Positions 62,258 through 64,000 of a stretch of 64,000 bases of DNA are shown one piece after another. The stretch covers positions 3,037,374 through 3,101,373 of the forward strand of contig MU054220.1 of assembly GCA_013239625.1 (NCBI GenBank). The letters run 5' to 3'. The notes beneath the pieces were generated by a model, which had not been told where the DNA came from, ran no database searches, and saw only the letters and a program-made list of their open reading frames with translations. A program made the translations under genes and the position numbers. Origin of the DNA: Lama guanicoe (Eukaryota). The first letter of the stretch is position 1; every line of letters begins with the position of its first letter.

Positions 62258-64000
62258 TGGACATTATGCATTTTCTTTTGCTGAATGCTAGATTTTGTTG
62301 GATTCCTTTTTGGAGTATTGGGGTTTGTTCTGGCACACAGTTAAGTTACTTGGGATCCCTCTGATCCTTTCAAGGCTTAATTTTAAGCTTTTTTAAATGG
62401 CAGATACAAAGCAGAGCTACTTAAGTGCCATTACTAAATTACGACCCTTCTAAGGACTCTATCCAATGTCCCATGCATTGTGAGGTGTCACCACTCTGTA
62501 TGGTGGGAACATGAGCTATTTCCCTCTCTCTGTGGACTCCTGGACTTGTTTAGTCTGGTACTTTCCAGTGATTCTTTCCTGGCCTTGTAAAGTTTCACCT
62601 CATGCCTATGCAGATCAGAACTCAGCCAAAGACTTAAAGGGACCCTCTGTAGTTCTCTGGATCTCTCTCTCTCTCTTTGCATATCCTTTCTGGTAACTTG
62701 CCTCAGAAATTTTAGCCACATTAATCTCCCTAAAATCTCATATCTCTCTAGTTAGTTCAGTGAGGTCACTGAACTCTCTTTGCATTATCCTTCCCTGCAC
62801 TGCAGTCTGGAAACTATCTGCAGGCAATTAATTACCTGGGAAGATCACAGGACTCATCCCGTTTGTTGCTCCTCTTTCAGTGATCACAGTCTTGTGCTGT
62901 TTGTCCAATGTCTGAAAACAGGGTGGGGTTTTGTGTACATTTCCCCAACTATTTATGGTGGTTGGGTAAATCCTGTTTAAACCTTTGTAAGTAGAATCAG
63001 AATCCCTTGTCCTATTTTTAAAAAATCCTCTTGATATATTACTTTTTACATAATTTAATGCAGTCAATATATGATTAGATTTATTCATATAGTTACCCCT
63101 TCATGTCTTCTTCTATCTCAGAGCTTCTTTCTGGAGTTCCTTTGCCCACCCTGTTGTACACCTTTAAGTGAGGGACTGCAAGTGGCAAACTCAGTTTTTT
63201 ATATCTAAAAATGTCTTTATGTAACCCTTGATCTTTCAAGATAGCTTTTCTGGGTATGGAATTTTGGATTGAAAGTTATTTATTCATTTTCTCACATGTT
63301 GAAAAGAATGTTCCATTTTCTTCTGGTTTCCATGGCTACTGATGAAAATCAGCCATCATCCAGTATTTTATTTCTGGCTGCTTTAAAAATCTTCTCATTG
63401 ACTTTGGAGTTTGAAGTTTTACTATGGTGAATCTGGGGGTGGGTTTCTTTTTATTTAACCTGCTTGGATTCATTGGCTTTGAACCTGTGGGTTTTCATCA
63501 GTTCTAAAAAGTTTTCAGCTATTAGTTTAAAAAAAATATTGCCTCTGATTCATTTTCTTGCATTTTCTTTGTGAAATTTGAATTAGTCATATATTAGACC
63601 TAGTTACTCTATCCTTCATTCTTTTTTTCCTTTTAATTTTCTATCTATTTGTGCTTAATTCTGGATAGTTTCTTTGCAATTATTTTCCAGTTCACCAACT
63701 ACCTCTTTAGCTGTGTCTAATCTGCAGTTACATATGCTCATCCAGTAATTAATTTCAGTTACAATATTTTTTTCATTTATACATGCTTTCTTTTTCAAAC
63801 ATGCGCAATTATTCTATACTGTTTCTTGTTCCCTGCACATATTTTCAAACTTTTTTTTCTTTAAAAATAGCACATGTAATTATTTTATAAGTTGTATGGT
63901 AAGTTCAGTACCTGAAACCTTTGCAAGTATGTCCTGCTACTAGTTGTTTCTGTTGGTTCTCAGTCATGATGCTTACTTAGTTTCCTTGTGTATTTCTTTA

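Larger units (their letters stand above)
59270..64000 (-). mobile_element. Cluster of ancient L1M fragments (ORF1/5' and early ORF2 regions), with a nested L1 3' end at about 60050-60420
   Basis: Sharp switch to T-rich sequence with typical antisense L1M strings (ttttaggtgcatacaaat, gtctttattttgccttc, ttgattatgatgtgc, aaatggaatcata...cttttgtgtctggcttctt). No intact ORF. Confidence 0.85.

Noticed and set aside
1-64000. CRISPR arrays, rRNA, operons or other prokaryotic systems
   Set aside because: The sequence is clearly mammalian, and no regularly spaced repeats or rRNA-like sequence were seen.

Overview
Mammalian genomic DNA, most likely a camelid: the only young SINE, at 61102-61246, is a tRNA-Ala-derived Vic-1-type element, and I saw no Alu, B1, BovA, PRE1 or CanSINE. 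The window holds one protein-coding gene, CHST1 (keratan sulfate Gal-6-O-sulfotransferase, + strand). It has a CpG-island promoter with non-coding exon 1 at about 36.6-37.1 kb, two small candidate non-coding exons (about 49.8 and 50.6 kb), and a terminal exon carrying the whole 411-aa CDS (51879-53114) and a 3'UTR ending near AATAAA at 53946. The first 36 kb and last 10 kb are non-coding and filled with ancient MIR, L2, CR1/L3, L1M, MER and MLT/LTR relics. All other ORFs in the track look spurious. I found no new multi-gene system. The best leads are: (1) a CHST1 leader loaded with uORFs, including a polyproline uORF and a strong-Kozak uORF whose fate depends on splicing at a possible recursive splice site; (2) a recent 62-bp templated insertion inside a MIR that brackets the two non-coding exons; (3) an unusually legible CR1 reverse-transcriptase fossil spanning the assembly gap; (4) a DR5-DR5-DR0 nuclear-receptor array and a perfect RFX X-box. 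Repeat family names and boundaries were recognised by eye and are approximate.
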